A model generated the notes under the pieces. That model saw nothing but the letters and a program-made list of their open reading frames with translations, ran no database searches and was not told where the DNA came from. From sequence record SRR22947725_1597: a stretch of DNA of 49,761 bases; one strand, given 5' to 3'. The translations under genes were made by a program, and so were the position numbers. This document shows positions 26,142-36,427 of this stretch, in pieces; position 1 is the stretch's first letter; each line of letters starts with the position of its first letter.

Positions 26142-26912
26142 ATGATAAAAGCAATGCTTAAGTTATCAATAATTATTCCCACATTTCAGAGGAACGAGAA
26201 GTTGCGGAGAGCTCTCCATAGCATATTCGCGGAGCAGGCGACGGATAAAGTGGAGGTCATTGTGATCGACGACTGCCCTTCCATGAGTGCGGCGTCAATT
26301 GTAAAAAGTTATGACAACGTAATATATCTTTGTAAGAGAGGAAACATGCCTGGCGTAGCAACTAGTCGGAATATAGGAATTCAATTAGCACAAGCCGATC
26401 ATATTGTTTTCCTTGATGATGATGATTTTATGCTGGAAGACTCATTAAGCTGTTATGCTGAAGCCGCAGAGCGTAACGTCCCATTTTTTTATGGTAACCA
26501 CGCAATTCTGAAAAATAACGAACTAACGATATGTGATGTTGGTACAAAAAAACCTGAAAATCTACTTATCAAAAATTTTTTGCCAGTTGGCTCATTCATG
26601 TTCAGGAAAAGCTCCGTTTCATCACTTTTTGACACAAAGTTGAAAAGCCATGAGGATTGGGACTTTTTGCTGTCAAATATAAATTTTTCAGATTTGGAGC
26701 ATATAAACAAAGTATTGGTTTGCATCGATAAAGGGAATGATGTAACCGAAAACCGGAAGTTACTTCGTTTACAGAACAGATTCTTTGCGGATTATATGTG
26801 CGTTTACGCAAGACACCCTGCCCCGGCTTTTTCACAAGAAAGAGCAAAACTACTCCAAGAATTTGGAGTCGCGGTGTCCCCAGAGCATTTGGGCTTCGAT
26901 AATTCAGAATAA
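26142..26912 (+). CDS. Glycosyltransferase family 2
   Basis: SIIIPTFQR, VIVIDD, SRNIG, FLDDDD, HEDWDF. Confidence 0.9.
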   Translation: MIKAMLKLSIIIPTFQRNEKLRRALHSIFAEQATDKVEVIVIDDCPSMSAASIVKSYDNVIYLCKRGNMPGVATSRNIGIQLAQADHIVFLDDDDFMLEDSLSCYAEAAERNVPFFYGNHAILKNNELTICDVGTKKPENLLIKNFLPVGSFMFRKSSVSSLFDTKLKSHEDWDFLLSNINFSDLEHINKVLVCIDKGNDVTENRKLLRLQNRFFADYMCVYARHPAPAFSQERAKLLQEFGVAVSPEHLGFDNSE

Positions 26913-26949
26913 AAAGGTAATTTTTTTGAACTAAAGCTGGAGGGTACGC

Positions 26950-28062
26950 TCAGGCGTTTAAGCTGAGCGTATTGACCCGGTCATTTATCCGACGCCAGAC
27001 CTGCTTAAGAGCCGCATCCGCGTCCCGCACTCTTTTTTTCGATATTTTTTCAGATTTTTGTGCCGCTATTATGGTTGATAAGTCATCAATATCAAATCCT
27101 TTATGGACAATAGGCACACTCTCAAAATACTCACTTAAAGTAGACATATATTTATCGGCCCATCCGGACACAATCTGAGGAACCCCGTGCTTTATTCCAT
27201 TAATCATACCGTGATACCGCGACGTAAACAGCAGTTCACTGCCTTTAATTATCTCTGTGATCTCCATGATATTGTTCGGATGGTAGACCTTTACGCTTAA
27301 TGCCGTTTTTAAAGTTTCCACAATCTTTTTATCTGCCTCGCCTTCATGATTGAGCACAATAGGTTCAATAGATATAGAATTAAAAAAGGCGACTACTTTG
27401 GATATGTCTGAAATGTATGAAGTCTGATTGGAATACACATTTGATTGCAACATTTTTGAGTTTGGAATGATGACACCATATTTGGAGGTTTTTTCAAAAC
27501 GATATGCTTTTTCAAAGATTATTTCATCCGAAAAGCAAATATCTGGAACAACAGATGCCTTCCATGGAAAGATGTCATGAACATAACGCTGTGAAGACAA
27601 ATCCCTTACACAAAACATTTCGGAATGCGCAATAAATTCAGCAAAGATTGCCGTATTTTTAAAACTGGAAAAAGGTCCCATGCTCTGAGGCAAAACAAAA
27701 TACGGTATGCCAAAATGCTTAGCTCCCTCTATTTGAGGTATAGTTTTTTTTAACATCTTGTCCTCACCCCAAAAATCACCGTAGGAGAAACCAGAGATGT
27801 CTATCCGAGCACAGACCGGATAGACATTGCCGTCTGCGTCTTCATACGTGTGATAAGACGCATCAACAGGGCTTAAACCAGATCTTGGGTGAGCTTGGAC
27901 TAGATTTACAGCATCTGATACAGATTTTTCACTGGGGTATTGCGTTATGAAATTTATATCCTTACGGCATAGGGAACTCATTACAGTACGGGCCATAAAC
28001 TCAGCCCCTCTATTGGGTAACCCAACTCCAATTAGTTCAATATTGATATTATTTTTTTTCAT
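26950..28062 (-). CDS. Polysaccharide pyruvyltransferase family protein
   Basis: NRGAE, LPQSMGPF, VRDLSS, PDICF, SRYHG, GWADKY. Confidence 0.85.
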   Translation of the reverse strand: MKKNNINIELIGVGLPNRGAEFMARTVMSSLCRKDINFITQYPSEKSVSDAVNLVQAHPRSGLSPVDASYHTYEDADGNVYPVCARIDISGFSYGDFWGEDKMLKKTIPQIEGAKHFGIPYFVLPQSMGPFSSFKNTAIFAEFIAHSEMFCVRDLSSQRYVHDIFPWKASVVPDICFSDEIIFEKAYRFEKTSKYGVIIPNSKMLQSNVYSNQTSYISDISKVVAFFNSISIEPIVLNHEGEADKKIVETLKTALSVKVYHPNNIMEITEIIKGSELLFTSRYHGMINGIKHGVPQIVSGWADKYMSTLSEYFESVPIVHKGFDIDDLSTIIAAQKSEKISKKRVRDADAALKQVWRRINDRVNTLSLNA

Positions 28063-28068
28063 TTTCCA

Positions 28069-30264
28069 CTACTCAAGTAAAGTAAGAACGTCCTCACAAG
28101 ATTTTTTGAGAGACCTTGGCACAAGCCCATCTTCCGATGGATAACCAAACGCGAGAAGCATAACTACAGTCTCAGTACTTGATAGGTTCAATAAATTTTT
28201 TGCTGGCCGATGTAATCGGTCTAGATCTGGCCAATTTAAACAACAACTACCAACACCATGTGAAACAAATGCCAACTGTAGAAAAGAAGAAAACAGTGAC
28301 GTATCAATTAAGGCTAAACCATGGTCATAATCATTCTCAAAATTGATGTAGTCTGCAACTAAGGCTAATAAGTGAGGCGCTTGTTTAGCCCAATTTTTCG
28401 ATCCAGGTGCTAAATCAAGAAGACCGTCCCTATTTTTTTTATCTTCTACAAGCACCACTCTGAATGGCTGTCGATTACAAGCACTCGGTGCCGCCAACGC
28501 AAGTGAAATACACTTTCTGACTAAGTCAAGATCAACTTTCGCTGATTGAAAATTTCGCGCACTTACTCTCCGTTTAAAAAGTTTCTCGCAGTAGATAGGG
28601 TAAGCCTCTGGCTCATCAATAGAAACAAGGCTTTTTCCATGCGCATTTACAGGGTTTTGTTTTGAACAACTCAGTGAACCAGCTTTTGAAAAATGTAGCC
28701 GAATGTCGTTGACCCAATCTGCATCATTCTTGGCATTGTTCATGTATGTCTTTACAGCAGAAGCGCCCCAATTAAATAGTTGATGATGCTGCGGAAGATC
28801 CTTCAGCCTAATCAACTGCAGCACCAACATCGGCAGGAAATCCCTCCCTGAATTGGGCTTCCAAGGGTTGTAACAAAATGATTTTTCCAGTCGGTGTATA
28901 TTACGGCGAACAAACCCAACACAAATACCATCTTTCAATTGAGATTGGTGAGACTCTTTCCCAATATTAATAGACTTCAAACGGGAGATGGATAGAGGCA
29001 TGTTAGCGTGGCTATAATCTAACCCCTCATTCTGGGGTTGCTCACCAACTTGGTTAGCATTTAATATAGATGAGCTAATCTGATTGCACGCAATTGTTGA
29101 TCCACTAGCAATCAGCAAATCTGATATCGTTTTGTTTGTGGCGTTCAAATCCTCTGGATTTACGCCTTTGCAATATTGATATTTGATGTCACGAGTATTA
29201 TGTATCGCTGGCTTGTGAGGGGCCGCGGGCACGACAACGTCAGCACCAGCCAATTGAGCACGTTTTATAATATCACAGTCTTGATAGCCCATTGACAGCA
29301 ACCGTTCCTCATACCCCGATAAGCTTTTAAACAGCTCATGTGGCATGCCAATTCGTCCATAGGAACCATCCCCCCACACACCACTAAATTGATGAACAAC
29401 TTTACCTTGGTTAAGGACTTCCAAGAATGAGTTAACTTCGCTGCTGGTTATGAAGTTATCGGCGTCCAAATTAAATATCGCAAAACCATTCGGAGCCATT
29501 GATGCTGCTAAATTTTTTGCAACTGGTGAGCTCCACTCAAAATCTAATACGTTGAGCCTTCTATAAATTAAGTTTTTATGAGAAATTAGCTTTGTCTCAT
29601 GAAGCCACTCCTCCAATCCATCATCAGAACTATAGTCCGAGATCGCTACAATATGTGGCGTTTGGTCGATAGCTTCTAAATTTGAGTGAAGCGTCTCTCT
29701 AATCTGCCAAAGTCTATTTTTGATCGAAACACAAAAACAAATTCCTGGCGCAGCCAAATGTTTAGAAAAGTTTTTAACTCTATTATCAATAAATTTAAAT
29801 GGTAATGAGGAATGAGAATCCTCAGTTGATGTCACTAAATTTTGTATTTCTGAGCCTGACATCTTATTTGGCAAATGCACAAAACGAGAAGTTTTACTCT
29901 CTCCATCGGAAAGATCACTGGTTTTTAACTGCAAAAGACGTGTATCTCCACCCAAATCTTTTGCCGCCTCTAAGCATCTGTATAAATTTTCCATATCCCC
30001 AGTGGCATGATGAATTCTGCCTCTGAGTAGAAATAAATCAGCCGGATATTCAGACCATTCAAAAACCGATCGGCACAGATTTAATGCCTCGGAGTACTCA
30101 GAGTTTTTGATGAGGGTTAAGATTGCTTTGAAGGATTTCAGCTCTAATTTTTTGTCATTTTTGATATTGCGAGCGTCCCCATTTAATAAATTTTGCAAAT
30201 CAGTAGGGAGCCAGCAGATCATCTCTGATGGCCAATTCAACAAATCCTTTTCCATCGCTGTCAT
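28069..30264 (-). CDS. TPR + GT-A glycosyltransferase + nitroreductase fusion protein
   Basis: TPR-like N-terminus; NLDADNF and GYEERLLSMGYQD; C-terminal RRVSARNF, APSACNRQPF, GVGSCCLNW, FGYP. Confidence 0.8.
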   Translation of the reverse strand: MTAMEKDLLNWPSEMICWLPTDLQNLLNGDARNIKNDKKLELKSFKAILTLIKNSEYSEALNLCRSVFEWSEYPADLFLLRGRIHHATGDMENLYRCLEAAKDLGGDTRLLQLKTSDLSDGESKTSRFVHLPNKMSGSEIQNLVTSTEDSHSSLPFKFIDNRVKNFSKHLAAPGICFCVSIKNRLWQIRETLHSNLEAIDQTPHIVAISDYSSDDGLEEWLHETKLISHKNLIYRRLNVLDFEWSSPVAKNLAASMAPNGFAIFNLDADNFITSSEVNSFLEVLNQGKVVHQFSGVWGDGSYGRIGMPHELFKSLSGYEERLLSMGYQDCDIIKRAQLAGADVVVPAAPHKPAIHNTRDIKYQYCKGVNPEDLNATNKTISDLLIASGSTIACNQISSSILNANQVGEQPQNEGLDYSHANMPLSISRLKSINIGKESHQSQLKDGICVGFVRRNIHRLEKSFCYNPWKPNSGRDFLPMLVLQLIRLKDLPQHHQLFNWGASAVKTYMNNAKNDADWVNDIRLHFSKAGSLSCSKQNPVNAHGKSLVSIDEPEAYPIYCEKLFKRRVSARNFQSAKVDLDLVRKCISLALAAPSACNRQPFRVVLVEDKKNRDGLLDLAPGSKNWAKQAPHLLALVADYINFENDYDHGLALIDTSLFSSFLQLAFVSHGVGSCCLNWPDLDRLHRPAKNLLNLSSTETVVMLLAFGYPSEDGLVPRSLKKSCEDVLTLLE

Positions 30265-30338
30265 GTTTTTTCCTTGTCTCGATCAGTAAAGATTCAAATT
30301 TCTTCATGAGCGCCCTTTGCCCAAATTACATAAACAAC

Positions 30339-31088
30339 TCAACCAAACTGAAGCGGCGTTTTTTGATACAGATATTTGGCGGAATCAGATTGTCTTTTGC
30401 TGTTGTTTGCTCCATTTCCATCGATTTGATTATGGTGGCTCTCTGGATTGTCAACTGTATACCTGTAAAGAATCTTTGGTATGAATGTGGTAGCGCGCGC
30501 AATGTCAAGAATTGGAAGTGCAAGTGCAATGTCACAGGCTTGCATCACTGGATGGCCATCAGGACCTAGGATATAGTGTCTTGGCACTTTCCTCATTAAA
30601 TGGGCTTTATAAGTAAAGCAGTGTGAGGATTTCCAGCCTTGTAGTCGATGCGACAAACCCTCTATGAATGGCGCACAATGACCAAGCACACCCCTTGATG
30701 TGATATATGTGCTCCAGCAAGCATCTGTTTTTTCTGTTTTGTAGACTTTTGCGAATTCCTCTAGCGCCTTGGAAGATGAAAACATGTCATCTGAGTCCAT
30801 CATCACGACAACAGAGTCATTATCAAATTCGATTGTTTGTAAATAGTCATAAACAAGACAGGCCTTCCCAACTCGTTCACGACTTAAATGGACTTCAATC
30901 TTTTTTCTTAACGGCTCAAATTCATTTAATAGGCTCAAAACATTTTCCTGCGAGGCAGCGTGACCATCGGATAGCAAATGTATGGTGTAGTTTTGATAGG
31001 ACTGCGCTGAAATACTTTTTATACACTGGTTCACATGCCGGAAAATATCACGACCTGAAACAATAACCTCGAATTTAACTCGATCCAT
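30339..31088 (-). CDS. Glycosyltransferase family 2
   Basis: CIKSISAQSYQNY, MMDSDD, CDIA, ILYRY. Confidence 0.8.
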   Translation of the reverse strand: MDRVKFEVIVSGRDIFRHVNQCIKSISAQSYQNYTIHLLSDGHAASQENVLSLLNEFEPLRKKIEVHLSRERVGKACLVYDYLQTIEFDNDSVVVMMDSDDMFSSSKALEEFAKVYKTEKTDACWSTYITSRGVLGHCAPFIEGLSHRLQGWKSSHCFTYKAHLMRKVPRHYILGPDGHPVMQACDIALALPILDIARATTFIPKILYRYTVDNPESHHNQIDGNGANNSKRQSDSAKYLYQKTPLQFG

Positions 31089-31253
31089 ATCGACGATCCA
31101 TTATGAAGCGCCTAAAACCTTGTTAGGTGGCGCTCTCCCATCAATTTTTGTTTAAAACGCCAGGCCACCTGCACACAACCAATTGGTTACCGCATTCATG
31201 ACTGGTTTTTCACTGGAAGCGTTCGGCCAAGCGCGTTTACACACGGAACTTTT

Positions 31254-31269
31254 TGCAAAAATTATGCCA
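31254..31269 (-). promoter_or_regulatory. Sigma54 promoter of GT2-fusion-pyruvyltransferase operon
   Basis: Minus strand TGGCAT-AATTT-TTGCA. Confidence 0.65.
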
Positions 31270-31491
31270 GAAATTTAATATCAGGGTCTATCACAACAAG
31301 AGCGGTTACCCAATTACCACAGACAAATCACATGTGAATTTTTTGAGACATTTATTACATCCCATTAAATTTTAGTGGCCATAGGGAGCAAAACGAAAAT
31401 AAAACGAGAGCGTTAAGACAATTCGTCGTTCAGCGATTAAATAAAACTTTTTAAAAGCATACGGATTACCCCTATCGGGATCATTCAAGAG

Positions 31492-32046
31492 TTATATGTG
31501 CCCCTTATCAAAGACACTCAAAAATTCTGCAGCATGCCTATCATTATCATTAATTGTTAAATTTAACTCGCTATTCCAACTTACATTTAAATACTTATCA
31601 AATGGATTGATTGCTAACTGAGCAGTTGGCATGTAGGGCGCGTCTACCTGGTAATTTAAGACGGCTGTTTCACTTAGCACCTGAAACCCATGCGCAAAGC
31701 CCTTTGGAATCCACAATTCATGATAATTTTTTGCAGATAGTTCAACTGCCACATGCTGTCCAAAACTGCTCGACTCCGGCCGGCAATCAACAACTACATC
31801 CAAGACCTTGCCAACAATGACTCTGACCAGTTTAGCCTGAGAAAAAGGTTCTTTTTGAAAATGAAGCCCTCTAATCGTACCTTTTTTCGAAAAGGACTCA
31901 TTTGTTTGACAAAACTCTGGTTTAAACCCAAAGGCCTCTCTAAATTTCTGGGCATTATAAGATTCTAAGAAATGACCTCTTTCATCTCTATAAACTGTCG
32001 GTTCAATGATCTTCACATCCGGTATTTTAGTGTCTAAAACTTTCAC
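31492..32046 (-). CDS. rmlC: dTDP-4-dehydrorhamnose 3,5-epimerase
   Basis: DERGHF, RGLHFQ, QAKLVRV, GFAHGF. Confidence 0.96.
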   Translation of the reverse strand: MKVLDTKIPDVKIIEPTVYRDERGHFLESYNAQKFREAFGFKPEFCQTNESFSKKGTIRGLHFQKEPFSQAKLVRVIVGKVLDVVVDCRPESSSFGQHVAVELSAKNYHELWIPKGFAHGFQVLSETAVLNYQVDAPYMPTAQLAINPFDKYLNVSWNSELNLTINDNDRHAAEFLSVFDKGHI

Positions 32047-32918
32047 TGCTCAACAACCTTAAACAAATACTTACCGAGTGCATTTGACGCATTTTGTTCA
32101 GCACACTTTTGCACAAATGCACGGTCCAACCAAGATTTCTTGAGAGCTATCTCTTCCAAACAAGCGATTTTGTACCCTTGCCTTTTTTCAATTGTTTCAA
32201 CAAAAAGCGCTGCCTCCAACAAGCTTTCTGGTGTCCCAGTGTCGAGCCATGCCACGCCCCTGTTGAATTTTTGATGCGTCAGTTTTTTATCTCGCAAATA
32301 TAAATTCAGAACATCAACGATTTCTAACTCGCCGCGATGAGACTTGGTCAATTTCCTTGCTTTTTCTTGGGCAGTGCTATCAAAAACGTAAAGCCCTGTT
32401 ACCGCATAATCTGATGGCGGCATAATTGGCTTCTCAACGATCTGTTTTATGTTGCATGCATCGTCAAGTTCGACAACACCGTAGCGTTCAGGGTCGTTTA
32501 CCAAATATGTGAAACAGGTTGCGCCGTCATTATTTGCAAGCGCAGCTGTCAAAAAGCCCGACAAACCAGCCCCGTAGAAAATATTATCACCAAGGATATA
32601 AACGCAATCAGACCCATCCAAAAACGTCTCACCAATCAATAAGCCTTCAGCAACCCCACCAGGGTTCGGTTGGGTAGCGTAACTAATATTTACCCCCCAC
32701 TGAGCACCATCCTGCAACAAAGCTGCATAATTAGCTTCATCTTCTGGTCGTGTAATGACCAGAATTTCTCTAATGCCAGCCAGCATCAAAACTGACAAGG
32801 GATAGTAAATCATTGGCTTGTCATAGATCGGAAGGAGCTGTTTTGAAATAACAGACGTTAGAGGATACAACCTTGTCCCATTGCCGCCGGCAAGTAAAAT
32901 CCCCTTATACCCTGTCAT
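32043..32918 (-). CDS. rmlA: Glucose-1-phosphate thymidylyltransferase
   Basis: GILLAGGNGTRLYPLT, YDKPMIYYPLS, WLDTGT. Confidence 0.97.
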   Translation of the reverse strand: MTGYKGILLAGGNGTRLYPLTSVISKQLLPIYDKPMIYYPLSVLMLAGIREILVITRPEDEANYAALLQDGAQWGVNISYATQPNPGGVAEGLLIGETFLDGSDCVYILGDNIFYGAGLSGFLTAALANNDGATCFTYLVNDPERYGVVELDDACNIKQIVEKPIMPPSDYAVTGLYVFDSTAQEKARKLTKSHRGELEIVDVLNLYLRDKKLTHQKFNRGVAWLDTGTPESLLEAALFVETIEKRQGYKIACLEEIALKKSWLDRAFVQKCAEQNASNALGKYLFKVVEQ

Positions 32919-33819
32919 TTTGCCGCCTCATTTGATCAAGAAATCTATCAATATAGCAATGCCATGAAGCAAACCTTATGCCAAGCTCACGTTGGATTTT
33001 ACTGTTATCCAGAACCACGCGTTGTGGGCGCTTTGCCAGCTGAGAGAAATACGAAGAATTTACAGGGATTAAGTCCTTAGCTTTGCATTTAAGATCAAAG
33101 CCCATATCTTCTGCCTGGGTCAAAAGACGAAAAGCAAATTCAAACCATGAAGCCTCGCCGTTTGGCACTAAATTGAAGATGCTATTGTACCGCTGGTTTT
33201 TAACAGCATCCTCTTTGGCTATCAATTGATGCACTGTTTTGGCTATCAAATCAGCCGGAGTTGGCGTGCCAATTTGATCATCAACCACTGTTAGCCGGTC
33301 TTTAACTAAAGCTGCCTGCAATATTTTCTTCGGAAAATTCACACTAGCATGGTCATACACCCATGCTAGCCGAAAAATGAGGTATTGATTGGCGTTTTCA
33401 ATAATATGATTGTCACTCAAAAATTTAGAACGACCGTAAGCGTTTAACGGGTTTGGGCGATCGTCCTCGCTGTACAGACCCGTCGCCACTCCATCAAAAA
33501 CATAATCGGTGGAAAAATGCACAAGTAAGCTATCATGCTTTAAACATGCATCACAAAGGTACTTTACCGCATGAAAATTCGCTCGGTCAGAAAGGTCAGT
33601 ATCAATTTCCGCATCATCAACCTTCGTATGAGCAGCTGCGTTAATCACAATATCAGGTCTTACCACATCAAAAATTCGGTGAATTGCAGTCTCATCGCCT
33701 ACATCTAAATCTTGGCTGGAAAATCCAATAGTATCAAATGACTCATCAAAAACTCTGGATATGTTGCTGCCTACCTGACCGTTAGAGCCTGTTATCAGAA
33801 CTGTCTGTTTATTTTGCAA
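32905..33819 (-). CDS. rmlD: dTDP-4-dehydrorhamnose reductase
   Basis: GSNGQVG, NAAAHTKVD, STDYVFDG, YGRSK, DQIGTPT. Confidence 0.95.
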   Translation of the reverse strand: MQNKQTVLITGSNGQVGSNISRVFDESFDTIGFSSQDLDVGDETAIHRIFDVVRPDIVINAAAHTKVDDAEIDTDLSDRANFHAVKYLCDACLKHDSLLVHFSTDYVFDGVATGLYSEDDRPNPLNAYGRSKFLSDNHIIENANQYLIFRLAWVYDHASVNFPKKILQAALVKDRLTVVDDQIGTPTPADLIAKTVHQLIAKEDAVKNQRYNSIFNLVPNGEASWFEFAFRLLTQAEDMGFDLKCKAKDLIPVNSSYFSQLAKRPQRVVLDNSKIQRELGIRFASWHCYIDRFLDQMRRQNDRV

Positions 33820-34825
33820 GGGCTAGATCCTCTCGGTGCCAGCTAATCGTCTCTAGAATACCACCCGCAAAATCATGAGTTGGTTCCCACCCAAGTTGTT
33901 TCTGTATTTTTGAGGCGTCGATTGCATAGCGCCTATCATGGCCAAGCCGATCCTCAACAAAGGAAATATAGTCATCCAACGGCTGTTCCAGCAAACCAGG
34001 GTACATGCGATCAAGTTCATCATAAACACATGCAATCAACTCCAAATTGGTCTTTTCGCAATTGCCACCAATATTATAGCTCTCCCCGGGGACACCATTC
34101 TCTAAAACGCACATCAGCGCGTCGCAATGATCGCCAACAAATAGCCAGTCACGTATTTGCTGGCCGTCCCCATACACAGGGATTTTCTTCCCCTCTAAAA
34201 AACTGTTAAGAACGGTTGGAATAAATTTCTCAGCATGTTGGTATGGCCCATAATTGTTTGAACAATTTGTTACAATTGATGGCACCCCAAAAGTTTCATA
34301 ATAGCAACGCACAAGGTGATCAGACGCCGCTTTACTCGCGCTGTAGGGGCTATTTGGCCTGTAGGCTGTTGTCTCGGTAAACCCACTTGCATCAGTTGGC
34401 AAACTGCCAAAAACTTCATCTGTCGACACATGGAGAAACCTGAACCTGTTGGCCATGTCCCTACCAGCACCCTCAAGGTAATTAAGCGCATTGACTAACA
34501 ATGCGTATGTGCCGTTAATATTTGTCGTGATAAATTGATCCGCAGACACAATTGAGCGATCCACATGGCTTTCAGCGGCAAAATGAATAACAGCGCGGGG
34601 GTGGTGCTCGTTAAATATCTCACTAATTGCCTGGCTATTGGTTATATTGACGTTTAAATTTGTCAAATTTTTATGCGGGGGGCGGTCAAGACAGGCTGTG
34701 TTAGCCGCATATGTCATACAGTCAACATTGACAACATGTTCATCACTTTGCTGGAACCAATTGAAAATAAAGTTAGTCCCAATAAACCCGCAACCACCTG
34801 TAACTAAAATAGTCATCTTCCACAT
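33809..34825 (-). CDS. rmlB: dTDP-glucose 4,6-dehydratase
   Basis: VTGGCGFIG, AAESHVDRS, STDEVFG, YSASK, NCSNNYGP, GHDRRY. Confidence 0.97.
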   Translation of the reverse strand: MWKMTILVTGGCGFIGTNFIFNWFQQSDEHVVNVDCMTYAANTACLDRPPHKNLTNLNVNITNSQAISEIFNEHHPRAVIHFAAESHVDRSIVSADQFITTNINGTYALLVNALNYLEGAGRDMANRFRFLHVSTDEVFGSLPTDASGFTETTAYRPNSPYSASKAASDHLVRCYYETFGVPSIVTNCSNNYGPYQHAEKFIPTVLNSFLEGKKIPVYGDGQQIRDWLFVGDHCDALMCVLENGVPGESYNIGGNCEKTNLELIACVYDELDRMYPGLLEQPLDDYISFVEDRLGHDRRYAIDASKIQKQLGWEPTHDFAGGILETISWHREDLALAK

Positions 34826-34893
34826 ACTCCTATGGAAATTAGCTAATCAATTGTTGCTGAGGTCAATCCTTACCCGGCAACACCCGTTACAAC

Positions 34894-36054
34894 CTAAGCA
34901 TCGTGGCTGGATGATAGCCGCTTAGAAGAAGCGGCATAATCAACCGTACTTGCAAACTGACCATTAAAAATACTTTGCCATTGAAAAAACCCCGCCGACT
35001 GCAGCGACCCAACGGCCTGCTCCGCTGCATGACGCCAAGAGAAATGGTCTCTTATGGTCTGGCTGGCAGCCATCGAATAATGCTGAAAGCTGCTGTAATT
35101 TTCTTTCAAGAAGACTAGCTTTTCTGCGATTTCTTCTGGGGAGGACACTGCCCACTGGCCACCTGATTTCCAATGCTGAAGAAATTCAGGGCAGCCTATA
35201 GGGTGCAATTGATGATCTAGCCTGACAAATTGACCATCAATAGCAGCTAAATATTCGGTATGACCACTGTAGTATGTCGAGATGACGGGCAAGCCACACG
35301 CGATAGCCTCAATAAGCGGCAGCCCCCATCCCTCTGCCCGCGATGGGAAAATCATGGCGTCATAATTGTTATATAGCCGCGCCATGTCGGTCGTTGATAG
35401 TGCGCCGGAAATAGGGACAACATTGGTCAATCCCATTGCATCAATTTGACTAGCTAACTCGTCCTGCTTTGCGTTGGCTTGCCCCTGACTGCCCCAAAAA
35501 TAGTCTGCCTTTAGATGCAGTTCTGTTTTTTCATCACCGCCGAAAGCGATTTTAAACCCCTCGAGCAGTTCATCGAACCCCTTACGTGTTTCTTTTTTTC
35601 CACACATGAAAAAGCGAAAAATATCACTTGTAGATGATTTTGGACGGCAGTAGGGATGATAAATGTCAGGATTAACACCTTCATGAACTACATGGATTTG
35701 ATCACCATCTAGGCCATGCGCTATTAAAACCCCCTTTGCCCATTGCGACGGCACCCATACCAGGTGGGATCGTCTTAGGTAATTGGTATAATCGTCCGGC
35801 AAGCTGTCGGTTTCAAAGATACCCCATTTTATGATGGTTCCTGTAACCAATTCCTCAGACAATGAAGGAAAGAAAAAAACCGACACGTCATTTGGTTGAA
35901 CAAGTCTGGCAACTGGACTGATTTGTTTTCCTGAAGCGTCAACTTCCTCAACCAATTCACCAATGTTTGCTAGCGATTTCATGGCGTCTACAAAGCCGCC
36001 AAAGTGAGTACCACCCCCCAGATTGTTGCGCTGTCCAAAAAGAAAAATCTTCAT
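34894..36054 (-). CDS. Glycosyltransferase family 4
   Basis: VPSQW, RKGFDEL, PSRAEGWGLPLIEAIACGLPVI. Confidence 0.9.
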   Translation of the reverse strand: MKIFLFGQRNNLGGGTHFGGFVDAMKSLANIGELVEEVDASGKQISPVARLVQPNDVSVFFFPSLSEELVTGTIIKWGIFETDSLPDDYTNYLRRSHLVWVPSQWAKGVLIAHGLDGDQIHVVHEGVNPDIYHPYCRPKSSTSDIFRFFMCGKKETRKGFDELLEGFKIAFGGDEKTELHLKADYFWGSQGQANAKQDELASQIDAMGLTNVVPISGALSTTDMARLYNNYDAMIFPSRAEGWGLPLIEAIACGLPVISTYYSGHTEYLAAIDGQFVRLDHQLHPIGCPEFLQHWKSGGQWAVSSPEEIAEKLVFLKENYSSFQHYSMAASQTIRDHFSWRHAAEQAVGSLQSAGFFQWQSIFNGQFASTVDYAASSKRLSSSHDA

Positions 36055-36175
36055 CAGTTCAACAACCTAACAAAATAAAAGCCAAGGTGATAAGGTGGTA
36101 AAATCTTTCCAAAATAAGATTTCACCTGCCAACCTCACCTAAAGATGGCACAGAACCGTGTTGCAAAACCACAGA

Positions 36176-36412
36176 CTAGCCAGCTTGAGCAGCGGAGGGT
36201 TCGGGCTTTTCGCCAGCAGCCATAGCTGACAGCAACTCTGGATCATCACGCAACATGTTTGCAATTTCAGCTACTTGTTCAGGGACAATACCCCATAAAC
36301 GGACGAGCAGAGCAATGTATGCCTCCTGCTCGGGCATGCCCTTCGACGCCAGCTGTTCCACAGCAAGGTTCAATGCATCATCAACAATAGTAAAGCCTTT
36401 TTCTAAAGACAT
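36176..36412 (-). CDS. Hypothetical protein
   Basis: 78 aa, AAGGAG RBS, directly downstream of the TPR gene. Confidence 0.7.
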   Translation of the reverse strand: MSLEKGFTIVDDALNLAVEQLASKGMPEQEAYIALLVRLWGIVPEQVAEIANMLRDDPELLSAMAAGEKPEPSAAQAG

Positions 36413-36427
36413 AAGACACTCCTTTTT

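Noticed and set aside
36146-36165. TGGCAC...TTGCA sigma54-like box
   Set aside because: Spacer is 9 rather than 5 nt, and it faces against the local genes.
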